Origin: an uncultured Candidatus Rokubacteria bacterium
GTDB lineage: Bacteria > Methylomirabilota > Methylomirabilia > Rokubacteriales > CSP1-6
Reading direction: 5' to 3'
Assembly (NCBI GenBank): GCA_963789955.1
Contig: CAWBMV010000037.1
Span: 192,001 to 256,000 of the forward strand
Length of the DNA: 64,000 nt
Shown here in pieces: positions 1 through 8,299 of this stretch (positions are counted from its first letter, which is position 1; every line of letters starts with the position of its first letter). The position numbers and the translations under genes were made by a program. The notes under the pieces are model-generated. The model saw nothing but the letters and a program-made list of their open reading frames with translations. It searched no databases and was not told the origin of the DNA.

Positions 1-135
1 CTGGAGCCCGGGCGGGATGATGACTTCCCGTTCCTCACGCGGAGTCGCAGGGGTGCCCTTCTTGATCTCGACGTCTTGCGACCAGGCGGGCGTCGCGAAG
101 AGCGCCAGGAGGCCGATCAGCAGACCGCGCTTCAT
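1..135 (-). CDS. Secreted hypothetical protein (5' part; runs off the window)
   Basis: ATG at 135 reads MKRGLLIGLLALFATPAWSQDVEIKK, a typical signal peptide. Confidence 0.6.
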   Translation of the reverse strand, partial: MKRGLLIGLLALFATPAWSQDVEIKKGTPATPREEREVIIPPGLQ

Positions 136-336
136 ATATTTGATTGTAACCGTCCCACCGACCGCCGCAACACCTCTCGTAACCTCAGCGATAACGCTCG
201 TGAGAGCTGCGTCGGATTCCGAAGCTTCCGGTCACACGCGACAGGCGGTCAGCACGTGTGGCGACGCTGTCGAGCGAGTCGAGCGAAAGAGCCGCGCGCT
301 CGATGCGCCGCGCACGGTCGGCGTCCGGCCAGGACG

Positions 337-1233
337 CTATCCGGGTAGCGCGATGTTGCCGTCGGGCTCTCGGACGTTGCCGTCGGGCTCTCGGCTTCGG
401 ATCGCGGTGACGCTGCGGCCCTCCGTGTCCTTGACGTCGAACTCCTCGGCGAGGCCGGCCGCGATCAGCTGCTGCACGAGCGCTTCGCGGTCGGTGCCGA
501 CCGGCGGCAGCTGGTGAGACTTCCAGCGCATGACGAAGTAGCCGCGGCTCACGTGCGGCAGGCGCGCCTCGGCGCGCTGCAGCTCCTGAAGCGCGCGCTC
601 GAGCGCCACGCCGGTCACCGGCTGCGCCGTCGGACGCGCCAGACGCGAGGGCGCCATGCGGGTCGGGGCGCGCTCGAACGGTCGCGGCCGCTCGACCTTG
701 AACGCCGGGATGCCCTCACTCAGATGGATCTGGCCGAAACAGCGCACGCGCAGATCCTTGGACAGCTCTTCGGCCGACCACGTCGCCACCCAGACCTGCT
801 TGCCGAGCGCGTTGACCGCCTCGACCGCCGGCACGAAGTCGTCGTCGCCCGAGACGAGCACCGCCGCATCGAACGCGCCGATCGCCGCGTACTGGATGAT
901 GTCGGCGACGAGCCGCGTGTCCACGCGCTTTTCGGTGGTGTACTCGTAGTCAGCGCTGCACGCCGGACAGCGTCCGGAGCGGCGCACGCGCAGCTCGCGC
1001 TTGACGAAGTAGCCGGGGCGCAGCTCGAGGCCCTTGAGGAAGCCTTCGACCAGCGGCGGCGCATCGGACGACACGCCGACGTAGTAGTGCGCGCCGGCGA
1101 AGATCGCGCCGGGTCCGCCGGCGGCCTGGGTGATCCAGGCGGCGAGTCGATCGTAGTCGACACGCAGCGATTCGTCGTAGCGTTGAAGAGACCGGTAGAA
1201 GTTCTGACCGTCAAAGAAAACGCTGACCTTCAT
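337..1233 (-). CDS. NYN/LabA-DUF88 (PIN-like) domain protein
   Basis: FFDGQNF, EKRVDTRLVAD and LVSGDDDFVPAVE motifs. Confidence 0.9.
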   Translation of the reverse strand: MKVSVFFDGQNFYRSLQRYDESLRVDYDRLAAWITQAAGGPGAIFAGAHYYVGVSSDAPPLVEGFLKGLELRPGYFVKRELRVRRSGRCPACSADYEYTTEKRVDTRLVADIIQYAAIGAFDAAVLVSGDDDFVPAVEAVNALGKQVWVATWSAEELSKDLRVRCFGQIHLSEGIPAFKVERPRPFERAPTRMAPSRLARPTAQPVTGVALERALQELQRAEARLPHVSRGYFVMRWKSHQLPPVGTDREALVQQLIAAGLAEEFDVKDTEGRSVTAIRSREPDGNVREPDGNIALPG

Positions 1234-1283
1234 GGGCGGCCCCCGCGGGCGAAACACAAACCGTTAATTCTCTACCGCGTTAA

Positions 1284-1360
1284 TGGTGGACGATACTGGA
1301 TTTGAACCAGTGACCTCTGGCATGTGAGGCCAGCGCTCTAACCAACTGAGCTAATCGTCC
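1284..1360 (-). tRNA. tRNA-Val (anticodon CAC), CCA encoded
   Basis: Reverse complement GGACGATTAGCTCAGTTGGTTAGAGCGCTGGCCTCACATGCCAGAGGTCACTGGTTCAAATCCAGTATCGTCCACCA folds as a cloverleaf. Confidence 0.97.
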
Positions 1361-1365
1361 GTGGC
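1321..1365. repeat. att core, left copy (tRNA-Val 5' half plus 5 nt)
   Basis: catgtgaggccagcgctctaaccaactgagctaatcgtccgtggc is identical to 8222-8266. Confidence 0.95.
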
Positions 1366-1369
1366 GGGG

Positions 1370-1398
1370 ACGTTAACCACTTACAGACACGGTTGCAA
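1370..1398 (-). promoter_or_regulatory. Putative sigma70 promoter of tRNA-Val, lying inside the element
   Basis: TTGCAA-17 nt-TAACGT, 9 nt upstream of the tRNA; a homologous TTGCAA-18 nt-TAACTT follows the second att copy. Confidence 0.6.
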
Positions 1399-1429
1399 GA
1401 GCTTCCTGCTCGTGTCACCAAGTTTGTAA

Positions 1430-2575
1430 CTAGCGGGCCGCCGGTCCTAGCCCATGATGGGCCACCCCTTGCGGCGTCGCGTCACCAGCCAGCTTGAGCG
1501 CGGCCGCGCGAAGGTCCGCGGGCGACACGATCGCGTAGCGCCGGTAGACGTTCTCCGTCTTATGGCCGGTCAGTTTCATCGCGACGGAGCGCGGCACTGC
1601 GGCCTGCTCCATGTTCCGCACCGCAGTACGCCGCAGATCGTGGCGCAGCATCCCGGGATTCCCTGATTTCCGGCACGCCGTCGCCCATGTTCTCCGGAAA
1701 TCACGCCGTGGCTGGCCTGTAAAGCGCCCTGACGGGTGCGGGAACAGCGCGGGAATGATCCGCTCGAGTTGGCGCTCTAAGGTTTTTACGCGGGCCACCT
1801 GTTCCGTCAGCAGCAGTTTCAGGTCCGGGGTGAGCACCACCACGCGGCCCTCGCCGTTCTTCGTCTGGCCCGGGTCCAGCGCCAGCGTGCCGGCGTCGAG
1901 GTTCAGCTGGCGCTGCTCGAGGGCGAGCACTTCGGACTGCATCCGCCAGCCGTAGACGTAGGAAATCGTGACGGCCACTTGCAGATCCGGCGAGAGCCGG
2001 CGCCGCACGGCCGCAAACGCCTCGGGCTCGAAGAATCCCTGACGCGGCGCCGACTCCTCGAGCTTGCGGAGCATGGGCAGTCGCGCGAGCCGGTTGTGCT
2101 CATACGCCAGCTTCAGCATCCGACCGAGCACCGCGAGCTCGCGGTTGATGCTCCCGTTGCTGGCCCCCTGCCCTTGCCGTTTCAGCGCGTAGGCTTCGCT
2201 GTCGCGCGTGCCAATCGACGCCAGGCGCCGACTCTTGAAGTAGTGGTCGAGGTGCGCGAGCCGATAGCCCGCTTCGGTCAGGTCGCGGGCGCCGGTCACG
2301 GTGTAGTGGTCGCGCAGCGCCTTCGCCGCGTCGTCGTAGGTCACACGATCCAGGCGCGGCATCACCGGCTCGCCCTTGTCGATCTTCACGAGCCGCTCGC
2401 GGAGAATCTTCCGCGCGGCGGGCTCGTGCGTCGTGCCGGTGCTTTCATAGAACGCGCGGCCGTTCTGGTGGTACTTGATCCACCACGTTTCGCCGCGCTG
2501 GTAGAGCATGCCGCTCCCCGGCTTCGCACGGGGTTTCTTCGTCTCGGTCGTCGTCGGGGTCGCCGTCTCGCTCAT
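1430..2575 (-). CDS. Tyrosine recombinase/phage integrase
   Basis: N-terminal arm-binding-like region (GSGMLYQRGETWWIKY); catalytic GWR, TKNG, HDLRR, GHKT and YRRY motifs. Confidence 0.95.
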   Translation of the reverse strand: MSETATPTTTETKKPRAKPGSGMLYQRGETWWIKYHQNGRAFYESTGTTHEPAARKILRERLVKIDKGEPVMPRLDRVTYDDAAKALRDHYTVTGARDLTEAGYRLAHLDHYFKSRRLASIGTRDSEAYALKRQGQGASNGSINRELAVLGRMLKLAYEHNRLARLPMLRKLEESAPRQGFFEPEAFAAVRRRLSPDLQVAVTISYVYGWRMQSEVLALEQRQLNLDAGTLALDPGQTKNGEGRVVVLTPDLKLLLTEQVARVKTLERQLERIIPALFPHPSGRFTGQPRRDFRRTWATACRKSGNPGMLRHDLRRTAVRNMEQAAVPRSVAMKLTGHKTENVYRRYAIVSPADLRAAALKLAGDATPQGVAHHGLGPAAR

Positions 2576-2603
2576 GTGTCGCCCCCTCCTCGTGAGGCAA
2601 GGG

Positions 2604-2629
2604 CATTGTATACCGATCGGTATACAATG
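2604..2629. promoter_or_regulatory. 26-bp perfect palindrome (putative operator) in the integrase promoter
   Basis: CATTGTATACCGATCGGTATACAATG overlaps minus-strand TTGACC-18 nt-TACAAT. Confidence 0.7.
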
Positions 2630-2650
2630 GTCAAAGGGCGCGCGCGTGGG

Positions 2651-2992
2651 TCACGGCGTCACGTCCTCGAGCTTGGTCCAGCCGGCCACGAGGGCACCCT
2701 CGAGCCGTTCGGCGGGCTCGGCGCCCGTGCGGATCTCAACGGCCACCGGATAGACACCAGGCGGTCTGGGCGACGGCCACGCCCGTAGCCGCATCCCGGC
2801 CACGCCCGCCTCGCCGGAGCCGTCCTCGAACTCCAGCACGTAGCCGTGGGGCGGCAGCATCGGCAAGTCGAGCAGGCGCGCGGCCTCCACGACGTGCGCG
2901 GCGCCGTTCGTCTTGACGGTGAAGCGCCGGATGACGAGCGCGCTAATCAAGTGCGCTCGGCACTCCTCGAGCGTCTCCGACGTGTCGATCAT
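2651..2992 (-). CDS. Hypothetical protein
   Basis: 113-aa ORF with protein-like composition, co-oriented with the integrase. Confidence 0.6.
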   Translation of the reverse strand: MIDTSETLEECRAHLISALVIRRFTVKTNGAAHVVEAARLLDLPMLPPHGYVLEFEDGSGEAGVAGMRLRAWPSPRPPGVYPVAVEIRTGAEPAERLEGALVAGWTKLEDVTP

Positions 2993-3016
2993 GCGACTCT
3001 GACTCGAGTTTCAATC

Positions 3017-3403
3017 TCACGGAAACTCTGGTCCCCAGGAATTCCGGCCCCACACGTCTTCGGCGGCCCGCCGCCGCTCGTCGTCCAGTCGGCGTTCCGT
3101 CGCGAGACGCTGATACTCGGCGTATTCTTTGGAGCCGCCGAGGTACACGCACCGGCAGTTATCGGGATCGGCGTAGGTGTACTGCACCGTCCCGTCCTTG
3201 GTGCGGCTCACCAGCCGGTAGGGCGGCCCCGCGTCCAGAGGCTTCGTGTCGGCGGCGTCGACAAGTTGTTTCTTGAACCCGGCCGCCGTCAACAATTCCT
3301 CGGTGTCGCGCGCCTGCAACCCGCGGATCGTCGCGCAGCCTGTGAGAAGCACCATTGCCGCGATAGTCAATCGCGCGATGTTCGTAACCGAGCGTCTCTC
3401 CAA
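3017..3403 (-). CDS. Hypothetical lipoprotein
   Basis: Lipobox LLTGC; CxC near the C-terminus; GGAGG upstream of a TTG start. Confidence 0.7.
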   Translation of the reverse strand: MERRSVTNIARLTIAAMVLLTGCATIRGLQARDTEELLTAAGFKKQLVDAADTKPLDAGPPYRLVSRTKDGTVQYTYADPDNCRCVYLGGSKEYAEYQRLATERRLDDERRRAAEDVWGRNSWGPEFP

Positions 3404-3550
3404 TATCCTCGTCCTCCGTTGCGCAGTGTGCTGCGCCGACAAGACGAGCAGGCTGTCAATCGACCTAACGCCTACTGTTTGGCGACCCGACTGTCAATCT
3501 TCAACTTTTCATCACTCAGGGGGCGCGCCGCGAGCCGTTCGCCGGGGCGT

Positions 3551-3676
3551 TCACATGCCGTCCGTCGCGCCGCAGCGGGGGCACCTTTCCTCATGCACGA
3601 GAAAGACTCCGGCGCAGCGCGGACAGGTCCAAAGCCGCGGCGGCACCCAGTTCCACGGCGACGGCGCGGCGTTCAT
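3551..3676 (-). CDS. Small Zn-ribbon protein (41 aa)
   Basis: CPRC...CPRC; ATGA overlap with the upstream gene. Confidence 0.55.
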   Translation of the reverse strand: MNAAPSPWNWVPPRLWTCPRCAGVFLVHEERCPRCGATDGM

Positions 3677-4708
3677 TGCAACGGTCTCGTCGCGGCCTGG
3701 AGATAGCCCTCGACCTGCGCGCGCCGCTGATCGATCCGGTCGAGCTCCGCGGCGAGGGTCGCCGTCGCGTCGCCCGCGCGCTCGGCGGCCTCGAATTCGT
3801 CCGCCACGCGGGCGCGGCGTTCGGCAAGACGAGCGAGCTGACGCTGGGCCTCGGTAATGCGCCCCTCGCGACTCTGGCGCTCGCGGCGCTGCGCTTGCTC
3901 GGCCCGGGCCTCCCGCATCGGCTGCTGACCGGCCACGTGCGCGAAATCGAGGCCGCATGGCGACGTCGGCGCTCTGGTTCACGAACGGCAGGATGGCGTC
4001 GTGATCTTCGGGCGAGTGGCGCTTGAGCCGCGAGAGGTAGGTGTTGATCGTCTTGATGTTGCTCGCGGCCTGCGCGCCCCACAGGGTGTCGAAGTCGAGC
4101 GTGGTTTCTCCGCCGAGCGTCAGATCCACGGCGCCGGTCATCTGCGCCGTCTGGAGCACGGCGTTGAACTCGGCGCCCTGCCACGGGGTCAGCCCCATCG
4201 CCTGCACCGCGGATTTATAGCGGTCGCGCTCCGGCTGCATCCAGTGTTTCGGCAGCACACCATCGAGGTCTTTCTCACTGAAGGTTTCCGTGATCGACGG
4301 CGGGCGCGGGAGTGGCCCCGGCCGCGCGGCGGCTTCCTGGGCTTCGCGGAGTCGGATCGCTTGATCGAGGTTCTGTGCGTCGTCCGGTGTGATCGTGCCG
4401 TCGCGCCAGCCCTCGGCGTCGGCCATCATCGCCTTGTATTGCTCCTTGAGGTCTTTCACGCTCGGCCCCTCGGGCAGTGACACCGGCACGCGGGCAGGCT
4501 GGGCGTGGGCCCGCATCTCGAGCGCCCACACCTGCTCGCACGCCGGCACATGGTTCGGTCGCCACGAGTGGTGAAAGTCGTGGTCGGGGTTGCTCCTGAT
4601 GGCCTGGAGCTGGGCGCGCGCCGCTTCGGGCGTGAGGCGCTCCGCGGCGTGCACCACGTCAGGGCTCAAGTTCAGGGCGGCGGTGGTGGAGATCGGCGTC
4701 TCGTCCAT
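3673..4708 (-). CDS. Phage capsid-scaffolding-like protein with C-terminal coiled coil (frameshift near 3955)
   Basis: GGAGG RBS; TPEAARAQLQAIRSNPDHDF...PNH and GLTPWQ...LWG segments resemble podovirus scaffold motifs (recalled, not searched). Confidence 0.5.
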
Positions 4709-4719
4709 GGGGTCCTCCG

Positions 4720-4998
4720 TTAGTCGAAGCACGTGGCCAGTCTGCTTCCATGGCCCGACGTGGGCACGGTGGCGCTGCTGCCGAAGACGGTCGGCAAGAT
4801 GCCTTGCGCCCTCGGCGCCGCGCGTCGCGAGCCGGCCCACCAGGCGAAATGGTCGGGCGTGAGCACGTCGGGGAGTTCGACGAACTCGACGCGGGATTCG
4901 CGCTCGGCTTGCTTGATCGCGCGGATTTGCGCGGCCTTCGCCTCGGCGTCGGCGGTCGGCCTGGTCGACGTCGCGACGCGCGCGCGTTTCTTGTTCAT
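4720..4998 (-). CDS. Hypothetical protein
   Basis: 92 aa, ATGA-coupled to the upstream ORF. Confidence 0.55.
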   Translation of the reverse strand: MNKKRARVATSTRPTADAEAKAAQIRAIKQAERESRVEFVELPDVLTPDHFAWWAGSRRAAPRAQGILPTVFGSSATVPTSGHGSRLATCFD

Positions 4999-5444
4999 GC
5001 CAACGCCTTCTCAGCCGCATACCGCTGCGCGAGTCGCGCGCGCACCTCAGAATCCTCGCGCTTGGCGTCCGCGATCTTCGCCTGGATCTCGCTCAGCGCC
5101 TGCTCCAGCTCGGCGAGTTGACGCGCCAGACGCGCTTTCTGCTCGTCGTGCGCGCGCTGAGCGTCGGCGAGCGCCTGCTCGAGCCGCTGCGTCTGGCCGG
5201 CGATGTTCGCTTCGAACGAGGCCCAGTCGGACCGCGCGCGATTGATCTTCTCCTCGGACTGCTTGGCGCTGTGCTCGAGGTCATACGTCCAGTCAACCAG
5301 GTCGACCTCGAGCTCCCAACCGGCAAGCTTCCGCTTCGCTGGGCCGCTCTGCATGTGATCGCGGACCTCGGCCGCCGTCGCGGCGATCCGGGTGCGCGCT
5401 GCGGTGACCTCGGTGGTGGATGGAATTTTAAAGGGCTCGGTCAT
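4995..5444 (-). CDS. Coiled-coil hypothetical protein
   Basis: AGGAGG RBS; heptad-rich A/E/Q/L sequence. Confidence 0.7.
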   Translation of the reverse strand: MTEPFKIPSTTEVTAARTRIAATAAEVRDHMQSGPAKRKLAGWELEVDLVDWTYDLEHSAKQSEEKINRARSDWASFEANIAGQTQRLEQALADAQRAHDEQKARLARQLAELEQALSEIQAKIADAKREDSEVRARLAQRYAAEKALA

Positions 5445-5509
5445 GACATTACCTCCTTGGGTCTTGGGATCACGCGCGTCGCGTCGATTCGGTTCGTGGT
5501 CGCCGACGC

Positions 5510-5698
5510 TCATACGCGCTCCCGCACGGTGTGGTCGTCGTGGCGGCGGCCTTCGACGTGGACGCGAGACTCGTCGCGCGGATCGTCCGCCACGATCCGA
5601 AACTGATCGTACGTGTTGTCACCGGCCGTGCGACGGGCCATCAGCTCGTCGACGTGTTGTTGGGCTTCTGGGAATGATCGAAAGGACTGCTTGCTCAT
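5510..5698 (-). CDS. Hypothetical protein
   Basis: GGAGG RBS, 62 aa. Confidence 0.55.
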   Translation of the reverse strand: MSKQSFRSFPEAQQHVDELMARRTAGDNTYDQFRIVADDPRDESRVHVEGRRHDDHTVRERV

Positions 5699-5700
5699 GG

Positions 5701-6062
5701 TCAATCCTCCTTCAAGGCTTCGTTCGCGTACATGAGATGCGAGAGCGGACACCACGCGAACCGCTGATGCGGGAACTGCCGACACGCGGCGGGCCGGTCC
5801 GGGTGGATGCCGCAGCGCTGGTCCGCGGTCAAAAAATCGCAGCCGGTCGGCGGGCGGACCCATCGCCACTCCACGCGCGAGCCGGGCAGACGATCCGCCG
5901 GCGGTCGATTCAGAAACTTCAGGCGTGCGCCGCGCTCGCGGCGCGCTGCTGCAGGCGTCGCAGCTCGGCGGTATCGACGGTGAGCATCACGTTGGCGTCG
6001 TGGCAGCACCGGCCCCGACACTCGCGGGAGCAGATCCGCAGCACCTCGGCGTCGGGAATCAT
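5701..6062 (-). CDS. YkgJ-like (CxxCxxCC) cysteine-cluster protein (frameshift near 5920)
   Basis: CSRECRGRCC...CDFL...CGIHPDRPAACRQFP. Confidence 0.8.
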
Positions 6063-6277
6063 GGTTCGAGGCTCGCGCCGACGATCTGCACGACCGCGAC
6101 CGAGCTGCTGCCGTCGCCTGTGTCGAACTCGACGATCTCGCCCACACGCGCATCGTGGCGGCGGACCAAGGTCCCCGGCTTCACCGCGTACTTCCCACCG
6201 CCGGCGAGGAATAATGCACGGACGCGGGCGTAGCACCCCGCGGGCACCAGCAGGTCGAAGACAGAGGTCGTTGTCAT
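6059..6277 (-). CDS. Hypothetical protein
   Basis: ATGA overlaps at both ends. Confidence 0.55.
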   Translation of the reverse strand: MTTTSVFDLLVPAGCYARVRALFLAGGGKYAVKPGTLVRRHDARVGEIVEFDTGDGSSSVAVVQIVGASLEP

Positions 6278-6498
6278 GCGCGGCAATCTCCTTGCTCGGC
6301 GAAACAGTCCGCGAACGTTGACGCCGACCTCATTGAATCGGCCTCAGCACGGAAGCCGGCGCGCCTTTCCTCGTCGGCGGCCGCTCTCGCCTTCAGGAAA
6401 TCGCGATCGGCCGCGCTGAGTCCTCGTCGCCGGCGGCTCCCTGGCAGCACCCAGTTCCGCGCCGCGGTCCATCGAAACTCGGGACGTCGGCGCGCCAT
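6274..6498 (-). CDS. Hypothetical protein
   Basis: First gene of the coupled operon; its start abuts the corrupted segment. Confidence 0.4.
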   Translation of the reverse strand: MARRRPEFRWTAARNWVLPGSRRRRGLSAADRDFLKARAAADEERRAGFRAEADSMRSASTFADCFAEQGDCRA

Positions 6499-6519
6499 TA
6501 TGTGTGTGTTGATTTAATG

Positions 6520-7610
6520 CGCAGTACTTATCCGCGGCGCGGTTAGCCACTCAATCACGCAAACCCCAGCCATAAATCTACTGCGGCTAAAAGAGTTCAT
6601 CTCATCCAGCACGTTCACCGACTGGAGACGACGCCAATTCGGCCCGGCTTCTTGGAAATCGATCTGGTCGCCTGTGGCACGAGCACGCAGGGTTGTATGA
6701 TGTTTTATGTTGTTGAGAGAATAATAATGATGATGTAGGTTAAGTATGGTTATAATTAGAATGAGTTTAGTGGAGTATTTATTATGGAGATTGTAGTGAG
6801 ATAAGTGAAATTAGAGATGTTGTGATGGTATTAGAATTATTGAGATAGAAGTATTAGTTAGGATGATTGAGAATTGTGAGTTTAGATTAGGATATTGAGC
6901 AGTGTAGATAGAGGAGAGTTTAGAGTTAGATATTATAATTGAAACTTCAGTACGGCTCTGTACGCTCTGCGCAGATAGTGGACATGAAGGTCACATAGTG
7001 AGATAGACGGCGTGATCGATCGATTGCTGGATTGACGTCGGTCAAAGTGGGGTCAAGACGATCAAGAGCGGGTCTGGGTTTGAGCTGAGCGTACGTGCAT
7101 CGACTCGTGCGAGAGCGCTTGCCAGTAGGAGAGATGAATAGATGTAATTTGAGATGAGTTGTATGTATATAGGAAGAAGGAAGAAAAGGGTATGATGTAG
7201 GAGGAATTCGTGCTCGATGCGCGCGGCTGCCCGCTCGGATGCGGCTCGACCAAGTCGACAACGTTTTGCGGAGCAGTTCATCAAGCGCGCCACCTCTTGG
7301 CGAATAGTATGAGATAGAATGTGAATGTGGTTATGAATTAAGATGTGTAGAAGTATAATTAGGCAGAGTTAGGAGTTATGAGAGTAAGATGATATGATGG
7401 TGAGGGAGTATGTTGAAGGATGAGTATGATGAGTATTTAATGGAGTGATTTAAAGTGATTGATGTTTAAAGTGAATGAGTAAGAATGTTGAGTTGTTGTG
7501 TAATGGGGTTAGTGTGAATGTGATATGGTTAGGGAAGGTTGTTATGTGTAGATAGTTGTGAAAATAATCGGCACCGAGTGGATTGAACGTAGAATCCTCT
7601 TCTGACTCGA
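6520..7610 (+). pseudogene. ISNCY-like DDE (rve) transposase internal fragment, heavily interrupted by insertions
   Basis: Recoverable peptides in family order: TFTDW-DDA-RPGFLEIDLVA-CGTSTQG / FYLCTLCA-VD / QERV..VHR.VRERLP / GLD.DN..FI..HL. Confidence 0.7.
6689..7568 (+). other. Three cytosine-depleted A/G/T tracts (6689-6944, 7124-7208, 7302-7568)
   Basis: 256 nt with one C (6900), 85 nt with none, and 267 nt with one C (7364), in an otherwise very GC-rich context. Confidence 0.95.
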
Positions 7611-7614
7611 CGCA

Positions 7615-8031
7615 TCAAGTCGTTACTGTCGCGGCGACGTAGTTAACCCGAAGCGGAATTCTCGTCAGTAAGTGGCCGTCGACCTCTAAGTCGAGCCAAT
7701 AGAGGCCTTCTTCCTGCAGGATCGTTCGCACCTGTAAAGCGAGCGTGACCCATGCTCGTCCCCGTTAAGCTGGACTTCCCAGGAGTGGCAAGGCGAACCC
7801 TTGCTGCCCTGGGCGGATGAAGAAGAAATTCGAGGTGGTACGTTCCCTTAGCCGGTCCGGATTTCAGGCCTATCAGGGCCGTGAGTTCTACGGTTTGACC
7901 TTGCGCTTGCGGCGGTATTTTGACGGTGTCAATCACTCTGATCACGTTCAGAACGCCGTCCACCTCGTTCAAGACTTTCTCGCAAAACGTCGCAAGGGCG
8001 ACAAACGGGAGCGGACGCTAGGGTCTGGCAT
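7615..8031 (-). CDS. DUF6941-like hypothetical protein (frameshifted)
   Basis: Merged frames give ALATFCEKVLNEVDGVLNVIRVID...EEGLYWLDLEVDGHLLTRIPLRV. Confidence 0.55.
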
Positions 8032-8221
8032 TAGGCCCCCTCAACTTTGCTCTCCATCGTGCCTTGACGTTTTGCAAGCTGGCTCTCCCGCGTCCTGTCA
8101 CCAGCGTTGTAACCAAAGCCGCCACAAGATACCGCATTACCGCCCCCCGCCTATCGGTGTCACCGGAGAAAAGTGTGCGAGAAGTATGTGGACTCGTAAA
8201 AACAAAAGCGCCGGCCTCAGT

Positions 8222-8266
8222 CATGTGAGGCCAGCGCTCTAACCAACTGAGCTAATCGTCCGTGGC
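8222..8266. repeat. att core, right copy (truncated tRNA-Val 5' half)
   Basis: 45-bp identity to 1321-1365. Confidence 0.95.
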
Positions 8267-8299
8267 CCGGAAGTTAAGCACTTGGAAGACACGTTTGCA

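Larger units (their letters stand above)
1321..8266. mobile_element. tRNA-Val-integrated genomic island, possible phage satellite
   Basis: 45-bp direct repeats at both ends, integrase next to att, small coupled hypothetical ORFs. Confidence 0.88.

Noticed and set aside
6947..7293. Minus-strand ORFs rich in L/I/S/Y/H (membrane-protein or mitochondrial-like)
   Set aside because: By-product of G-free composition on that strand; short, no RBS, and overlapping the decodable transposase.
6689..7568. C-free tracts as cytosine-deaminase hypermutation or DGR-like variable regions
   Set aside because: Flanking transposase codons rejoin when the tracts are removed, so they are insertions. A is about as abundant as T, and no reverse transcriptase or template repeat is present.
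6689..7568. AT-rich replication origin or CRISPR leader/array
   Set aside because: No iterons or repeat-spacer periodicity, no cas genes, and the tracts are G-rich rather than simply AT-rich.
8222..8261. Second tRNA-Val gene
   Set aside because: Only the 5' half is present; no T-arm or 3' acceptor strand.
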